A model generated the notes under the pieces. The model was not told the DNA's origin, ran no database searches, and worked only from the letters and a program-made list of their open reading frames with translations. Positions 35,817 to 45,960 of a DNA stretch of 64,000 nucleotides are shown here, piece by piece; the first letter of the stretch is position 1, and every line of letters starts with the position of its first letter. The translations under genes were made by a program, and so were the position numbers. The stretch is from Myxococcota bacterium (lineage in GTDB: Bacteria; Myxococcota_A; Polyangia; Nannocystales; Nannocystaceae). The stretch is from positions 160,001 to 224,000 of the forward strand of contig JBCCHT010000015.1 in the NCBI GenBank assembly GCA_039028615.1, in the 5' to 3' direction.

Positions 35817-37217
35817 ATGAACTTGCGCTTTGTTGCGTCGAGCCTCGCGTTCGCGACCGGTCTCCAATGGGGTATTGCCTGTGGCGACGAGGCGCCCTGT
35901 ACCCCCGGCTCCGAGGCGTGTGCGTGCACCAGCGAGGGCCTGTGCCTCACCGGTCTGACGTGCCTGTCCGGTTTCTGTGTCGACCCCGATGCCAGCCCGA
36001 TGACCGAGGGGTTCCCCAGCGCGGCCGCGGACACGGGGGACGGCACGGGGCCGAGTTCAGGCTCGGGACCGCAGCCCGACCCCGACTCGGGGACGCAGGA
36101 GACCGGAGGGCAGGACGTCCCGCTCGACTCCGTCAGCATCCTGGTGGTGGTCGACAACACGGGCACGATGGGCGACGAGCAGGCGGCGCTGAGCGAGGCG
36201 CTGGGCGAGGTCCCGGGGGCCCTCGAAGCCATGGGTATCAGCTGGCGGCTGGGCATCACCACCACCGACGACGGCAACCCCTGGTGCCAGGGCACGGGGC
36301 CCGAGGCGGGCGAGCTGCAGCTGTCGTCCTGCCGCTCGCGACCCGACGAGTTCGTCTTCGACGGGCTCATCGAGGTCGATGTCTACGATATCTGCGAGAA
36401 CCCGTGCCCGCCCGAGTGGGCGACGATTCAGGTCGAGCCGACCGGCATCTTCGACGACCCCGTGCCCGAGCAACGCCCCTGGATGGAGAGCATCGCGGGT
36501 GACAACAACCTCCCCGCCGGGCTGAGCTATCCCGACGCCGTGCACTGCCTCGTGCCGCAGGGCATCTCCGGCTGCGGCTTCGAGGAGCCGCTCGAGTCCA
36601 TGTACAAGGCGGTCTTGCGCGCTCAGACGCCAGGTGAGGACGGCTACGGCTTCGTTCCCCCGGGGGCGTTGCTCGTGGTGCTGTTCGTGACCGACGAGGT
36701 GGATTGCTCGTACAACCCGGACCACGAGACGATCTTCTTGCCCGATGGCGAGCGGGTCTTCTGGGAAGACCCGACCGCGGCCGCCCCTTCGTCGGCGCTG
36801 TGCTGGAACGCGGGGGTCTCGTGCCTGGGCGAACAGTGCGAGGCGGAGAACTACGGGGTCACCGGGGCGCCCGTGGCCGGCGGCACCGAGCTCGAAGACG
36901 CGGTCTTGTACCCCGTCTCGCGCTATGCCGATCAGCTCGCCGCGCTCGATGATGCGATCGTCATGACCATCAACGGCGTGCAATCCGACGGTGGCGTCGT
37001 CTACCAGCCGGGGACCGACCCCGACTTCGTGGCGGACTTCGGCATCGGTCCCGGCTGCGAGGGGCCGCATGGGCCCGCCGTGCCTCCCGTGCGGGTTCGG
37101 GAGCTGGCCATGCAGTTCACGGGCGCCACGAGCCAAAACGAGTTCTCGGCCTGCGACCCCTCGTACGCCGATGCGATGGACGCGATGGTGTCCGCGATTC
37201 AGGCACGCCTGCGCTGA
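35817..37217 (+). CDS. vWA-domain Cys-rich lipoprotein (paralog 2)
   Basis: GIA-C lipobox, VVDNTGTM, GITTTD, GCGFEEPLE, VTDEVDCS; colinear with paralog 1. Confidence 0.85.
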   Translation: MNLRFVASSLAFATGLQWGIACGDEAPCTPGSEACACTSEGLCLTGLTCLSGFCVDPDASPMTEGFPSAAADTGDGTGPSSGSGPQPDPDSGTQETGGQDVPLDSVSILVVVDNTGTMGDEQAALSEALGEVPGALEAMGISWRLGITTTDDGNPWCQGTGPEAGELQLSSCRSRPDEFVFDGLIEVDVYDICENPCPPEWATIQVEPTGIFDDPVPEQRPWMESIAGDNNLPAGLSYPDAVHCLVPQGISGCGFEEPLESMYKAVLRAQTPGEDGYGFVPPGALLVVLFVTDEVDCSYNPDHETIFLPDGERVFWEDPTAAAPSSALCWNAGVSCLGEQCEAENYGVTGAPVAGGTELEDAVLYPVSRYADQLAALDDAIVMTINGVQSDGGVVYQPGTDPDFVADFGIGPGCEGPHGPAVPPVRVRELAMQFTGATSQNEFSACDPSYADAMDAMVSAIQARLR

Positions 37218-37235
37218 GGGGGCCCCGAAACGACG

Positions 37236-37278
37236 AAGACCGCCTTCGGACCCGAGCGGGCTCGAAGGCGGTCTTTCG
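37236..37278. terminator. Hairpin terminator between convergent genes
   Basis: 13-bp stem AAGACCGCCTTCG / CGAAGGCGGTCTT. Confidence 0.7.
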
Positions 37279-37292
37279 TGCGTGAGCGGGGC

Positions 37293-39719
37293 TCAGCGCG
37301 CGGCGGTGTTGCCCACCGGGCGATAGTCTCGGCACGGCTGACCGCGCAGCGAGGGGCAGGCAGGCAGCTCGGGCGCCACGTCGACCCCGGTCACGACCGG
37401 CATCACGATGGAGGAGGCTTGCTCTCCGCCGCGCCCGACGAGGAAGGTGGGCGGCGAGTCGTAGTCGGGCGCCTCGAACTCCCAGGTCCCATGGTTGCGC
37501 CCGGGGGCGCTGACCATCACGCGCAGCGAAGACCCGGCGCGGAAGGCATGGGCGGTCGAGGGAATCTCGATGCGCGCCTGCACGTACTCGCCGGTCGGCA
37601 CGGACTCGAAGTCCTCCATGGTGTAGCTGCGGACGATGCGGAGCTCGTCGGAGGCGGCCTCGTCGAATCGCCGATGGCCCAGGCGCAGCCAGCCCGACTG
37701 CACCAAGGTCTCGATCCCGTCGGGGCGCACCTCGGTCAGGGTGACCTGCACGGTGACGTCGTCGACCTCGCTCCGCATCCACAGGTCGGCGTAGCCCGGC
37801 CCGGCGATGACCGTGTCCGCGGCGAAGGGCTCGGTGACATAGGACAGCAGGTCACCCTCGGCGAACTCGGTCCAGTCGATGTCCCACAGCGGCACGGACA
37901 GCTGATAGCCCTCGGGGCCGAAGAAGGTCTCCTCCCCCGCGGGGGCATCGAAGCGGTACGAGTCCGCGCCCGCGGTGGCGGGGCTGTCCGAGCTGAGCAG
38001 ACCGGACTCGTCGAAGTACCAGCGGGTGGGCGTGGCCTCGGCGGGCGGCCAGGTGTCGTAGGCACTCTCGAAGCGACCGAGCGGTGCCCCGGGGACCTCG
38101 TGGCCGGCTCCGTTTTCGAAGATGACCCGGACCGGAGGCTCCTGCAGGTAGTGGGCGAGGGCACCCTCGTAGTCGTCGTCGGCGAACTCGGTGAAGCGAT
38201 CGTCCTCGAAGCCGAGCCCCTCCGCACCGAAGGCCGAGCCGAACTCGGCCCCGGCCGCGGCCCGCACCAGGTCGTTCATGCGGGGCACCCGACCGGCGAC
38301 GTAGAACTCGAGGAACTCCCACCAGCGCGTGAGCACCAGGGGCGCATAGCCATCGGGATGGCGGCCGTTGTAGAGGATGAACTTGTTCTCCTCGCGCTCG
38401 GCGTAGCGGTCGAACATGCTGGCGAACTGGGCCCCCGTCTGCTCGTCCTGGAACGCCCCCGTGTGATAGACGGGCACGTCGATCTGCTGGATGAGCAGCG
38501 GCAGGCTGCGGTCGTCGGCGTCGCGGGGGCGGAACTCGAGGCCGTGCAGGAAGGACTCGAAGTCGATGTTCTGCGAGCGCAGGACCAGGTTCTCCTCGCA
38601 GGCGGCATCGCCCGCGTCCACGCGCTCGGTGACCCAGTTCATGCCTCCCGCCTCGGCCTGCGAGTTGCGGTTTTCGATCCACTGCCGGGTGAAGCCGGAG
38701 TTGTACACGCCGCCCGGCCACTGCATCTCCCAGGGATCAGCGATGGTGGACAGCGGCGTGATGGCCGACAGCGAGGGCGGCCGCGTGGAAGCGACGAAGA
38801 GCTGGGCGATGCCGGAGTACGAAAGGCCCACCATGCCCACCGTGTTGCCCAAGACCCAGTCCTGGCGGGCGACGGTCTCGACGACGTCGTAGCCATCGGC
38901 GTGCTGGGCCGGGTTGAACACGTCGAAGACGCCGCCCGAGCAGCCGGTGCCCCGCATGTTGACGCCGACGGTGGCATAGCCGAGCAGGTTGGCGATCATC
39001 GAGCCGGGCTCGACTCGGTCGGGGCGGGATGGTGAGTAGCCCGAGTACTCGACGACGGTGGGCCAGGGCCCCTCGCCGTAGATGTTGCGGTCGGGGAAGC
39101 GCACCATCACGCTCAGCTGCACGCCGTCGCGGACCTCGACGTAGTTGAAGCCGTCGTTGGGGTCCTCGCCGGTATCGATGCCCAGCGCGGAGGTGAAGAT
39201 GCCCTTGAGCACCTGGTCCTCGTAGAGCGCGGGATCGGGCACATCGTCGACGCCGAGCACGGAGAAGGGCTCGGTGGTCTCGATGGGATCGGTCTCGTCG
39301 TTGCGGATGACGTAGCCGTCGCCCGCCTTGAGCGTGCCGCCCTCGAGCACGGGGAACATGGTGGATTCGCCGGCCTCGAGCACGATGTGCTCGTCGGGGA
39401 TATAGGCGAAGTGGGCCAGGCCTCCCTCGTCGGTGATCATGGTGAGCAGCGCGTCGCCCTCGGGCCCATAGAGGGTCAGCGGCACGCCGGGCTCGGCCCC
39501 GACGACGGTCGCGATTTCCACCCCCGGCCGGACCTCGAAGGTCGCGGGCGTGGTGTTCTCGCCTCCGCTGGAGGTCTCGTCCGCCTCGGCCGTGGTGCTG
39601 GCCATGTCGGGGCCGGTACTGCCGGTCCCCGCATCGTCGACGCTCGGCGCGTCATCACTCGGGCAGCCCGCGAGGGCCAGGCCCATGATCATCACTCCCC
39701 AGTGCAAACGTTCGTTCAT
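37293..39719 (-). CDS. CocE/NonD family (S15) hydrolase lipoprotein
   Basis: RDGVQL, NMRGTGCSGG, GLSYSG, C-terminal PepX_C-like domain; lipobox LAG-C. Confidence 0.9.
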   Translation of the reverse strand: MNERLHWGVMIMGLALAGCPSDDAPSVDDAGTGSTGPDMASTTAEADETSSGGENTTPATFEVRPGVEIATVVGAEPGVPLTLYGPEGDALLTMITDEGGLAHFAYIPDEHIVLEAGESTMFPVLEGGTLKAGDGYVIRNDETDPIETTEPFSVLGVDDVPDPALYEDQVLKGIFTSALGIDTGEDPNDGFNYVEVRDGVQLSVMVRFPDRNIYGEGPWPTVVEYSGYSPSRPDRVEPGSMIANLLGYATVGVNMRGTGCSGGVFDVFNPAQHADGYDVVETVARQDWVLGNTVGMVGLSYSGIAQLFVASTRPPSLSAITPLSTIADPWEMQWPGGVYNSGFTRQWIENRNSQAEAGGMNWVTERVDAGDAACEENLVLRSQNIDFESFLHGLEFRPRDADDRSLPLLIQQIDVPVYHTGAFQDEQTGAQFASMFDRYAEREENKFILYNGRHPDGYAPLVLTRWWEFLEFYVAGRVPRMNDLVRAAAGAEFGSAFGAEGLGFEDDRFTEFADDDYEGALAHYLQEPPVRVIFENGAGHEVPGAPLGRFESAYDTWPPAEATPTRWYFDESGLLSSDSPATAGADSYRFDAPAGEETFFGPEGYQLSVPLWDIDWTEFAEGDLLSYVTEPFAADTVIAGPGYADLWMRSEVDDVTVQVTLTEVRPDGIETLVQSGWLRLGHRRFDEAASDELRIVRSYTMEDFESVPTGEYVQARIEIPSTAHAFRAGSSLRVMVSAPGRNHGTWEFEAPDYDSPPTFLVGRGGEQASSIVMPVVTGVDVAPELPACPSLRGQPCRDYRPVGNTAAR

Positions 39720-39854
39720 CTCAATATCCACTCCCCAATGGCGCGCACGATACACGAGGACCCGGTCGCCGGGGCCGCGGTCTCGATGGACGCAGACACC
39801 AGTGCCGGGCCGTTTTTCCGGGCTCTGACGCGGTTTGGGCGCCCTGCAGCCGCG

Positions 39855-39894
39855 GATTGTGCAAGTTGCCCAACGCGATTGTGCAACTTGCCCA
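39855..39894. promoter_or_regulatory. Tandem 18-bp direct repeat, putative transcription factor site between divergent genes
   Basis: GATTGTGCAAGTTGCCCA and GATTGTGCAACTTGCCCA, 22-bp period, each with an internal GCAA-N-TTGC palindrome. Confidence 0.55.
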
Positions 39895-39928
39895 GTACGC
39901 CTCGACCCGGCCCTGCGTTTTCGGCACG

Positions 39929-42769
39929 ATGGCCAACGCACGCATGAGCACGGGGCAGGATCGACGTCTGTACTGGGCCGGACTGCTCGCGTTGCTGGCG
40001 TTGGGGATCGCGTGGATCGTCTGGCGAACCCCCACCGCAGACCCGGATGCCGAAGCCGACGCCGAGCCGGTCGTGACCTCGATCGATGCGGGCGGGGGCG
40101 AGGCGTCGGGGGCCATCGCTCGCGTGCAGGGCAAGGTCTACGTCGAGCGTCTGCGTCCACGACCGGAGCCGCTGGTCGAGGTCGTGCTCGACTCGGGTGG
40201 CGGCGTGTCGGCGAAGTGGGCGGAAGGGCGCGCCCCGGACGATGAACGCGCGGCGCCCGAGCCAGACGGAGGCACGGGCGGCACCCCCACCGAGCCGGAG
40301 GCGCCGAGCGGCGAGGGCGAGCCGGCAGGCTCGGGGGATGCAGGCGCCCCCGCGAAGGACGAGCCGGAGCATCCCGAGGTCGACCTCGAGCCGCCCTCAG
40401 GAGAGTGCCGAGTCATCGCCTGGCAGTCGGGCACGCAGGTCTCCGAGCCCACGCCCTGTGCGGCCGATGGTGCGTTCGAGGTCGAGCTGAACCCCGGGGT
40501 CCACGGGCGGACCGCCTTCGAGATCCTGGTGCCCGGCCACCTGCGAGCGGTACTGGAAGTCGACGTACCCGAGGGCGGGGTGGGGCGGCTGCCTCCGGTC
40601 GCGCTCGGTCAGGCGGAGACCATCGAGGGCCAAGTGGTCAACAGCGCGGGCGAGCCGATGCCCGGGGTGGTGGTGGAGGCGATGCCTCAGCCCAACCTGG
40701 GGGAGCCGGAGCCCTGGCGGGCCACTTCGGATGCGCAGGGCCAGTTTGCGTTTCGCACGCTGCCGCCGGGTCCGGTCACCGTGCAGGCCGAGGCCCCCGC
40801 GCATGCACCCACGGTGGTCGAGGCCATCGCTCCGCAGAGCGGTCTGCTGCTGACGTTGCAGTCGCTGCTCGAGCTCGGGGGGCGTGTGGCCGGGCCGGCC
40901 GAGGTGCTGGCGCGCGCCCATGTCCGCATCGAAGGCAGCGGCATCTGGCCCGCTGCCGAGCACCCCGTGCAGGCCGACGGGCGCTTCACGATCCCGGCCG
41001 TTCCCGAGGGCATCTATGCGTTGGAGGCGGTCGTCGAGGCCGAGATGCCCGGGGAGCCGGAGTTCGCCTCGATCCCGCTCGAGAACGTGGCACCGCCGCT
41101 CACCCTCACGCTGGCCCTGGTCCCCGCTCATCGCGTGCCGGTCGAGGTGCGAGACCCGAGCGGCAACCCGGTGGCGGGGGCTCGGGTCGTGCTGAGCAAC
41201 TCGAGCGTGGGTCTGTTGCCCAAGTTCGCGCTGACCGACGAGGCGGGCCAGGTCGACGTGGGCCCGGTGGTGCCCGGACCCTACGTGGTGCGGGCCCATG
41301 CCGAGGGGTTCTTGTCCGCATCGCCGATCGCGGTGACGGTGGACGGCTCGGCGCTGCCCCGCCAGGTGCTCACCCTCGCTCAACCGGGTCGCATCGCCGG
41401 GCAGGTGGTGGACCAAGACGGACACCCGGTGGCCGATGCTCGCGTGGAGCTTTGGGCCGAGCACCTGTTCACGGCCGGCGAGAGCGGCACCCGAGAGCGC
41501 ATGGCCAAGGTGGCCCTCCAGGCCGCGGGATCGCTGGGGGTGACGACGGGGCCGGTCCCCGCGGTCCCCGTGGGCGATGCCTCCGTGTCCGACGACAGCC
41601 CCTCGACCCGCACCGACCGCGACGGGCGCTTCTCGTTCGCCATGCTGACGCCCGGGCGTTACCGGCTCGAGGCCAGTCACGGACGCTTCGCTCGCAGCGA
41701 GGAGACCACGGTCAAGCTGGGGGCCGGCCGCACGCGCTCGGATCTTCGCCTGGTGCTGCGGACCGGCCATCGCCTCACAGGGCGGGTCTTCGACGGCAAC
41801 GATCGCCCGGTCGAGCACGCCACGCTTCGCTTCGGAGCCGGACGCAGCGCCACCACCGACGATCGCGGGGTCTTCGACGGCGGCATCCATCGCGGTCGCG
41901 TCCGCGTGATTGCATCGGCGCGCGGCCTGGCGCCGCGAGAGCTCGAGGTACGCATCGACGACGAGCCGGTCGACATCGAGATCGTGCTCGGGCGCGCGCG
42001 GGCGCGGCTGTCCGGGCGCATCGAGGGCGGCAACGGAGAGGCGCTCGCCAACGCTCGGGTCACGCTGCGGACCCTCGACGGCCTGTCGTCGACGCGGATC
42101 GAGTGGACGGACGATCGGGGCGTGTACACCTTCGAGGAGCTGCCTCCGGGCGCGGTCGAGCTCGAGGTCGATCATCCCGACTACGGTCCGCGCACCACTC
42201 GGCTCCAGCTCGCCGACGAGCAAGCGGACGAGCGGATCGATCTCGACCTGCGCAAGGGGTGGTCCATCGAGGTCGAAGTCGTAGCCGAGGGCACGGGCGA
42301 GTCGCTGAAGGGGGCGCGAGTGGAGGGCGGGGGCCAGCGGGTGCGGACCGACGCCGACGGCCAGGCCACGCTGACGCAGCTGGTCGAAGACGAGGTCACG
42401 GTGGTGGTGCACGCCGTGGGCTACGGCGAGCGGCGACTGTCGCTTTCGCGCGACGATGGCGATCGTCAGGGTCGTCGGGTGGTGCTCTCCGAAGGCGGAG
42501 GCGTCCGCGGGCGAGTGACCGACTACCGCGGCGACCCGGTGCCGGGCGTGGAGGTGGTGGTCCGGGACCTCGAGGGCACCGTGCTGGGCCGGGCGCGGAC
42601 CGACGGCCGCGGTCGCTTCGACGTGTCGGGCTTGCCTGCGACCGACGTCGAAGTTGCGGCGCAGCCGCCACCCGAGCGCGAGGATGAGCTTGCGCCGACG
42701 GCGCAAAATACCGATGTATTGCGGGGGCACGTAACCAAAGGGGTCGACCTGCGGTTTGACAGGCGTTAG
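39929..42769 (+). CDS. Membrane-anchored protein with multiple carboxypeptidase-regulatory-like (transthyretin/Cna-B) repeats
   Basis: N-terminal TM; repeated G.V.D..G.PV.GA.V...TD..G.F....L.PG.Y motifs. Confidence 0.85.
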   Translation: MANARMSTGQDRRLYWAGLLALLALGIAWIVWRTPTADPDAEADAEPVVTSIDAGGGEASGAIARVQGKVYVERLRPRPEPLVEVVLDSGGGVSAKWAEGRAPDDERAAPEPDGGTGGTPTEPEAPSGEGEPAGSGDAGAPAKDEPEHPEVDLEPPSGECRVIAWQSGTQVSEPTPCAADGAFEVELNPGVHGRTAFEILVPGHLRAVLEVDVPEGGVGRLPPVALGQAETIEGQVVNSAGEPMPGVVVEAMPQPNLGEPEPWRATSDAQGQFAFRTLPPGPVTVQAEAPAHAPTVVEAIAPQSGLLLTLQSLLELGGRVAGPAEVLARAHVRIEGSGIWPAAEHPVQADGRFTIPAVPEGIYALEAVVEAEMPGEPEFASIPLENVAPPLTLTLALVPAHRVPVEVRDPSGNPVAGARVVLSNSSVGLLPKFALTDEAGQVDVGPVVPGPYVVRAHAEGFLSASPIAVTVDGSALPRQVLTLAQPGRIAGQVVDQDGHPVADARVELWAEHLFTAGESGTRERMAKVALQAAGSLGVTTGPVPAVPVGDASVSDDSPSTRTDRDGRFSFAMLTPGRYRLEASHGRFARSEETTVKLGAGRTRSDLRLVLRTGHRLTGRVFDGNDRPVEHATLRFGAGRSATTDDRGVFDGGIHRGRVRVIASARGLAPRELEVRIDDEPVDIEIVLGRARARLSGRIEGGNGEALANARVTLRTLDGLSSTRIEWTDDRGVYTFEELPPGAVELEVDHPDYGPRTTRLQLADEQADERIDLDLRKGWSIEVEVVAEGTGESLKGARVEGGGQRVRTDADGQATLTQLVEDEVTVVVHAVGYGERRLSLSRDDGDRQGRRVVLSEGGGVRGRVTDYRGDPVPGVEVVVRDLEGTVLGRARTDGRGRFDVSGLPATDVEVAAQPPPEREDELAPTAQNTDVLRGHVTKGVDLRFDRR

Positions 42770-42818
42770 AGCGCACGACTACCGTCGTCAAACCACGCTT
42801 TCAGCGGAAGAAACACCA

Positions 42819-43394
42819 ATGAATTCGGCCCCGATCATCGCCCGCCGCCTGTTGTTCACCGCCCTCGGACTGGGCCTCGTTGCCGGCTGCGACAACAAGC
42901 CCGCGACGACCACGACCAGCCCCACCGCCGAGGACAGTTCCGCCAGCGCCAAGGCCGAGCCCGCCGACAAGGCGAACAAAGCCGAGCCCGCGAAGACGGC
43001 CGACGATGGCGCCAAGACCAAGGTCGTCGACGGCAAGGCGCCTGGCGACGATCGCTACGCGCTGCTGGTCGAGCCGCCCACCGACGCGGCGGCCGGCAAG
43101 GAAGGCGAGGTCGTGGTGCGGGTCGTGCCCAAGGAGCCGTGGCACATGAACCTGGACTTCCCCACCTCCATCAAGATGGACGACGCCCCGGCCGGGGTCA
43201 CCCTGGCCAACGCCAAGCTCAGCAAGGCCGACGCCCGCAAGCTCGACGACACCTCCTGCGAGTTCGCCGTCAAGTTCACCCCGGACGAAGCCGGGGAACA
43301 TGCCTTCACCGGCAAGTTCAAGTTCGCGGTGTGCCAGGACGAGGCCTGCTCGCCCGTCACCGAGGACCTGTCGTTCAAGGTCGCCGTCAAGTAG
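42819..43394 (+). CDS. Lipoprotein with DsbD-N-like Ig domain
   Basis: LVAG-C lipobox; PKEPWHMN..FP and FAVCQDEAC (CxxxxC) resemble the DsbD N-terminal domain. Confidence 0.7.
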   Translation: MNSAPIIARRLLFTALGLGLVAGCDNKPATTTTSPTAEDSSASAKAEPADKANKAEPAKTADDGAKTKVVDGKAPGDDRYALLVEPPTDAAAGKEGEVVVRVVPKEPWHMNLDFPTSIKMDDAPAGVTLANAKLSKADARKLDDTSCEFAVKFTPDEAGEHAFTGKFKFAVCQDEACSPVTEDLSFKVAVK

Positions 43395-43524
43395 CGCGAA
43401 CCCGCGACTTCACGTGACCCCCACGGAGCAGGTGCCCGGCCCAATGCGAGGCCCGGCCAGGCTCCGCTGGGGGTTTCGACGTTCAAGGCCCCACGGGCGC
43501 TGGACTTGATAACATGCCGGCCAC

Positions 43525-45873
43525 GTGAACGACGTCGAGCCCTCCGATCTCGATCCCGAAGCGGTCGCCCGCATCGAGTCCCTGGCGTCTTCGGTCTCCG
43601 AAGAGTTTCGCACCACGCGACGGTTGCTCAGCTTCGACGAGTGGTTCGCGCTGCTGTCGAAGGAGCCGACGGTTCATGCCCGCAGCGCGGCCCAGTACGT
43701 GCGCGATGCCTTCGAGCACTTCGGGACCCGCAGCGTGCGGACGCCCAAGGGGCAGATTCAGCGCCACTGCTTGTTCGACAGCGAGTTCGACGGCTGGCAT
43801 CGGCTCGTCGGGCAAGAGGAGGCACAAAACGAGCTGTACGAGGCGATCCAGGGCTTCGTACGCCTGGGTCGCGTCAACAAGCTGGTGCTGCTGCACGGCC
43901 CCAACGGCAGCGCCAAGAGCACGCTGCTCGAGTCGATGCAGCGCGCGCTCGAGGTCTACTCCCGCACCGAGCGAGGGGCGCTCTATCGCTTTGCGTGGGT
44001 GTTCCCCAATCGGCGCCAGAGCACGGGCGGCATCGGGTTTTCGGCCAACGAATCTCTTCGCGATGCCCTCGGCGAGGAGACCTTCGCTCGGCTCGCCTCC
44101 GACGAGATGGACGCGCGGGTCATCGACGAGTTCAAAGACCCGCCGCTATTCCTCATCCCGGTCGCCTCGCGCCGCACCCTACTCGAGGAGATCCTGGGCG
44201 AGGAGCGGCAGTTCGTCATCAGCGACGTCGTGCTGCACGGCGAGCTGTCCCATCGCAACCGCAAGATTTTCGACGCGCTGCTCGCCTCGTACAAAGGCGA
44301 CCTCCGCAAGGTGCTCCAGCACGTCCAGGTCGAGCGCTTCTTCCTCAGCCGTCAGTATCGGCAGGGCCTGGTCACCGTCGAGCCCAAGCAGACCGTCGAC
44401 GCCAGCAGCTTCCCCGTGACCCGCGAGGCCGCGTTTGCGGCCATGCCCGCGTCGGTGGGCAGCCAGGCGATGTACGCGGTGCAGGGCGACCTGGTCGATG
44501 CCAACCGCGGCATCGTCAACTTCTCCGACCTGCTCAAGCGGCCCTACGAGCACTACAAGTACCTGCTCACCGCCACCGAGACCGGTCGCGTCGCGCTCGA
44601 CCACGTGATGCTCGGCCTCGACCAGATGCTCACCGCCAGCGGCAACGACCTCGAGCTGCTGCGCTTCCGCGTCACGCAGCCGGCCGAGTACCAGAGCTTC
44701 CGCGCCCGGCTCGAGCTCATCCGGGTGCCGTTCTTGCTCGACTTCCGCGTCGAGCGAAAAATCTACCAGGAGCAGGTCGGCGACATCCTGCGCGGGGTCC
44801 ATGTCGCCCCGCACGTCACCAAGATCCTCGCCCTGTGGGGGGTGATGACGCGGATGCGGCGGCCGCAGGCGGAGCACTATCCGAAGCTCGAGGAGGTCAT
44901 CAAGAACCTCACGCCGCTGCAAAAGGCCGACCTGTACGCGTACGGCCGGGTTCCACGGGGCCTGTCCAGCGAAGAGGCGCGCGAGCTGCTGGCCGCCGTG
45001 CCGCAGATGTACCAAGAGACCTTCCCGCACGCGGTGGTCAAGGCCGATGGCCGCGAGCATCCGCTGGGCGACTACGAAGGCAGCTTCGGCGCCAGCGTCC
45101 GCGACCTCAAGGGCGTGCTGCTGGCCGCGGCCTCCGAAGCGGGCGCGTCGTGCCTGACCGTGCCGCGGGTGTTCGCCGAGATTCGCGAGTACCTGAGCGA
45201 CCACGCCAACTACCGCTGGATGCTCTTGTCCCGCGACGGCTCGTTTCATCACCTCGACGGCGAAGACGGCTCGATCACCGACGCGTGCTGGGAGCGCTGG
45301 CTCGACCTGTCCGACCGTGAGGTTCGCGAGGCGCTCGGCCTGGTCGACGAGGCCCGCTACCTCGACCTGTTCCGCAAGTACGTCGTGCACGTCTCGCACT
45401 TCGTCAAGCGCGAGCGGCTCTTCGACGAGGTCACGGGCGAGCTGACCGACCCCGACGAGAAGTTCATGGGTGACCTCGAGGGCACCATGGTCTCCGAGCT
45501 GTCCACCGACCAGGCGCGCCGTCAGCATCGGGCCGAGGTGTTGTCGCGGATCGGTGCCTGGGCGCTGTCGCACCCGAACGAAGACCCCGCGTACTACGAA
45601 ATCTTCCCCGACTACTTCGCGCTGCTTCAAGAGGACTACTACAAGAAGCAGAAGGACGCGGTGTCGCGCAGCGTGCAGGCCATGCTCGGCCTGCTCTCCG
45701 AGACCGACGCGCCGCGACCCGAAGGCAAGGCGCTCGAGGCCGCCGCCCTCGACAAGGTGCGGCACGCGGTCGAGGTCCTGCTCGGCGAGCACGACGGGGG
45801 CGAGCGTCGCGACCGGCATACCCGGGAGACGCTCAAGGAGACCCTCGTCGCGCTGGCCAAGCACCGCTACTAG
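43525..45873 (+). CDS. prkA: PrkA family AAA+ serine protein kinase
   Basis: NKLVLLHGPNGSAKST Walker A, GDLVDANRGIVNFSDLLKRP, YLLTATETG. Confidence 0.88.
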   Translation: MNDVEPSDLDPEAVARIESLASSVSEEFRTTRRLLSFDEWFALLSKEPTVHARSAAQYVRDAFEHFGTRSVRTPKGQIQRHCLFDSEFDGWHRLVGQEEAQNELYEAIQGFVRLGRVNKLVLLHGPNGSAKSTLLESMQRALEVYSRTERGALYRFAWVFPNRRQSTGGIGFSANESLRDALGEETFARLASDEMDARVIDEFKDPPLFLIPVASRRTLLEEILGEERQFVISDVVLHGELSHRNRKIFDALLASYKGDLRKVLQHVQVERFFLSRQYRQGLVTVEPKQTVDASSFPVTREAAFAAMPASVGSQAMYAVQGDLVDANRGIVNFSDLLKRPYEHYKYLLTATETGRVALDHVMLGLDQMLTASGNDLELLRFRVTQPAEYQSFRARLELIRVPFLLDFRVERKIYQEQVGDILRGVHVAPHVTKILALWGVMTRMRRPQAEHYPKLEEVIKNLTPLQKADLYAYGRVPRGLSSEEARELLAAVPQMYQETFPHAVVKADGREHPLGDYEGSFGASVRDLKGVLLAAASEAGASCLTVPRVFAEIREYLSDHANYRWMLLSRDGSFHHLDGEDGSITDACWERWLDLSDREVREALGLVDEARYLDLFRKYVVHVSHFVKRERLFDEVTGELTDPDEKFMGDLEGTMVSELSTDQARRQHRAEVLSRIGAWALSHPNEDPAYYEIFPDYFALLQEDYYKKQKDAVSRSVQAMLGLLSETDAPRPEGKALEAAALDKVRHAVEVLLGEHDGGERRDRHTRETLKETLVALAKHRY

Positions 45874-45960
45874 CGGCGCACGGTCGAGACTCTGGACGAC
45901 GCGCCTGGGCTCGGCCCGTCGCGTCGTCGGCCCATGGCACATCCGGTCGGTGTGGATCGC

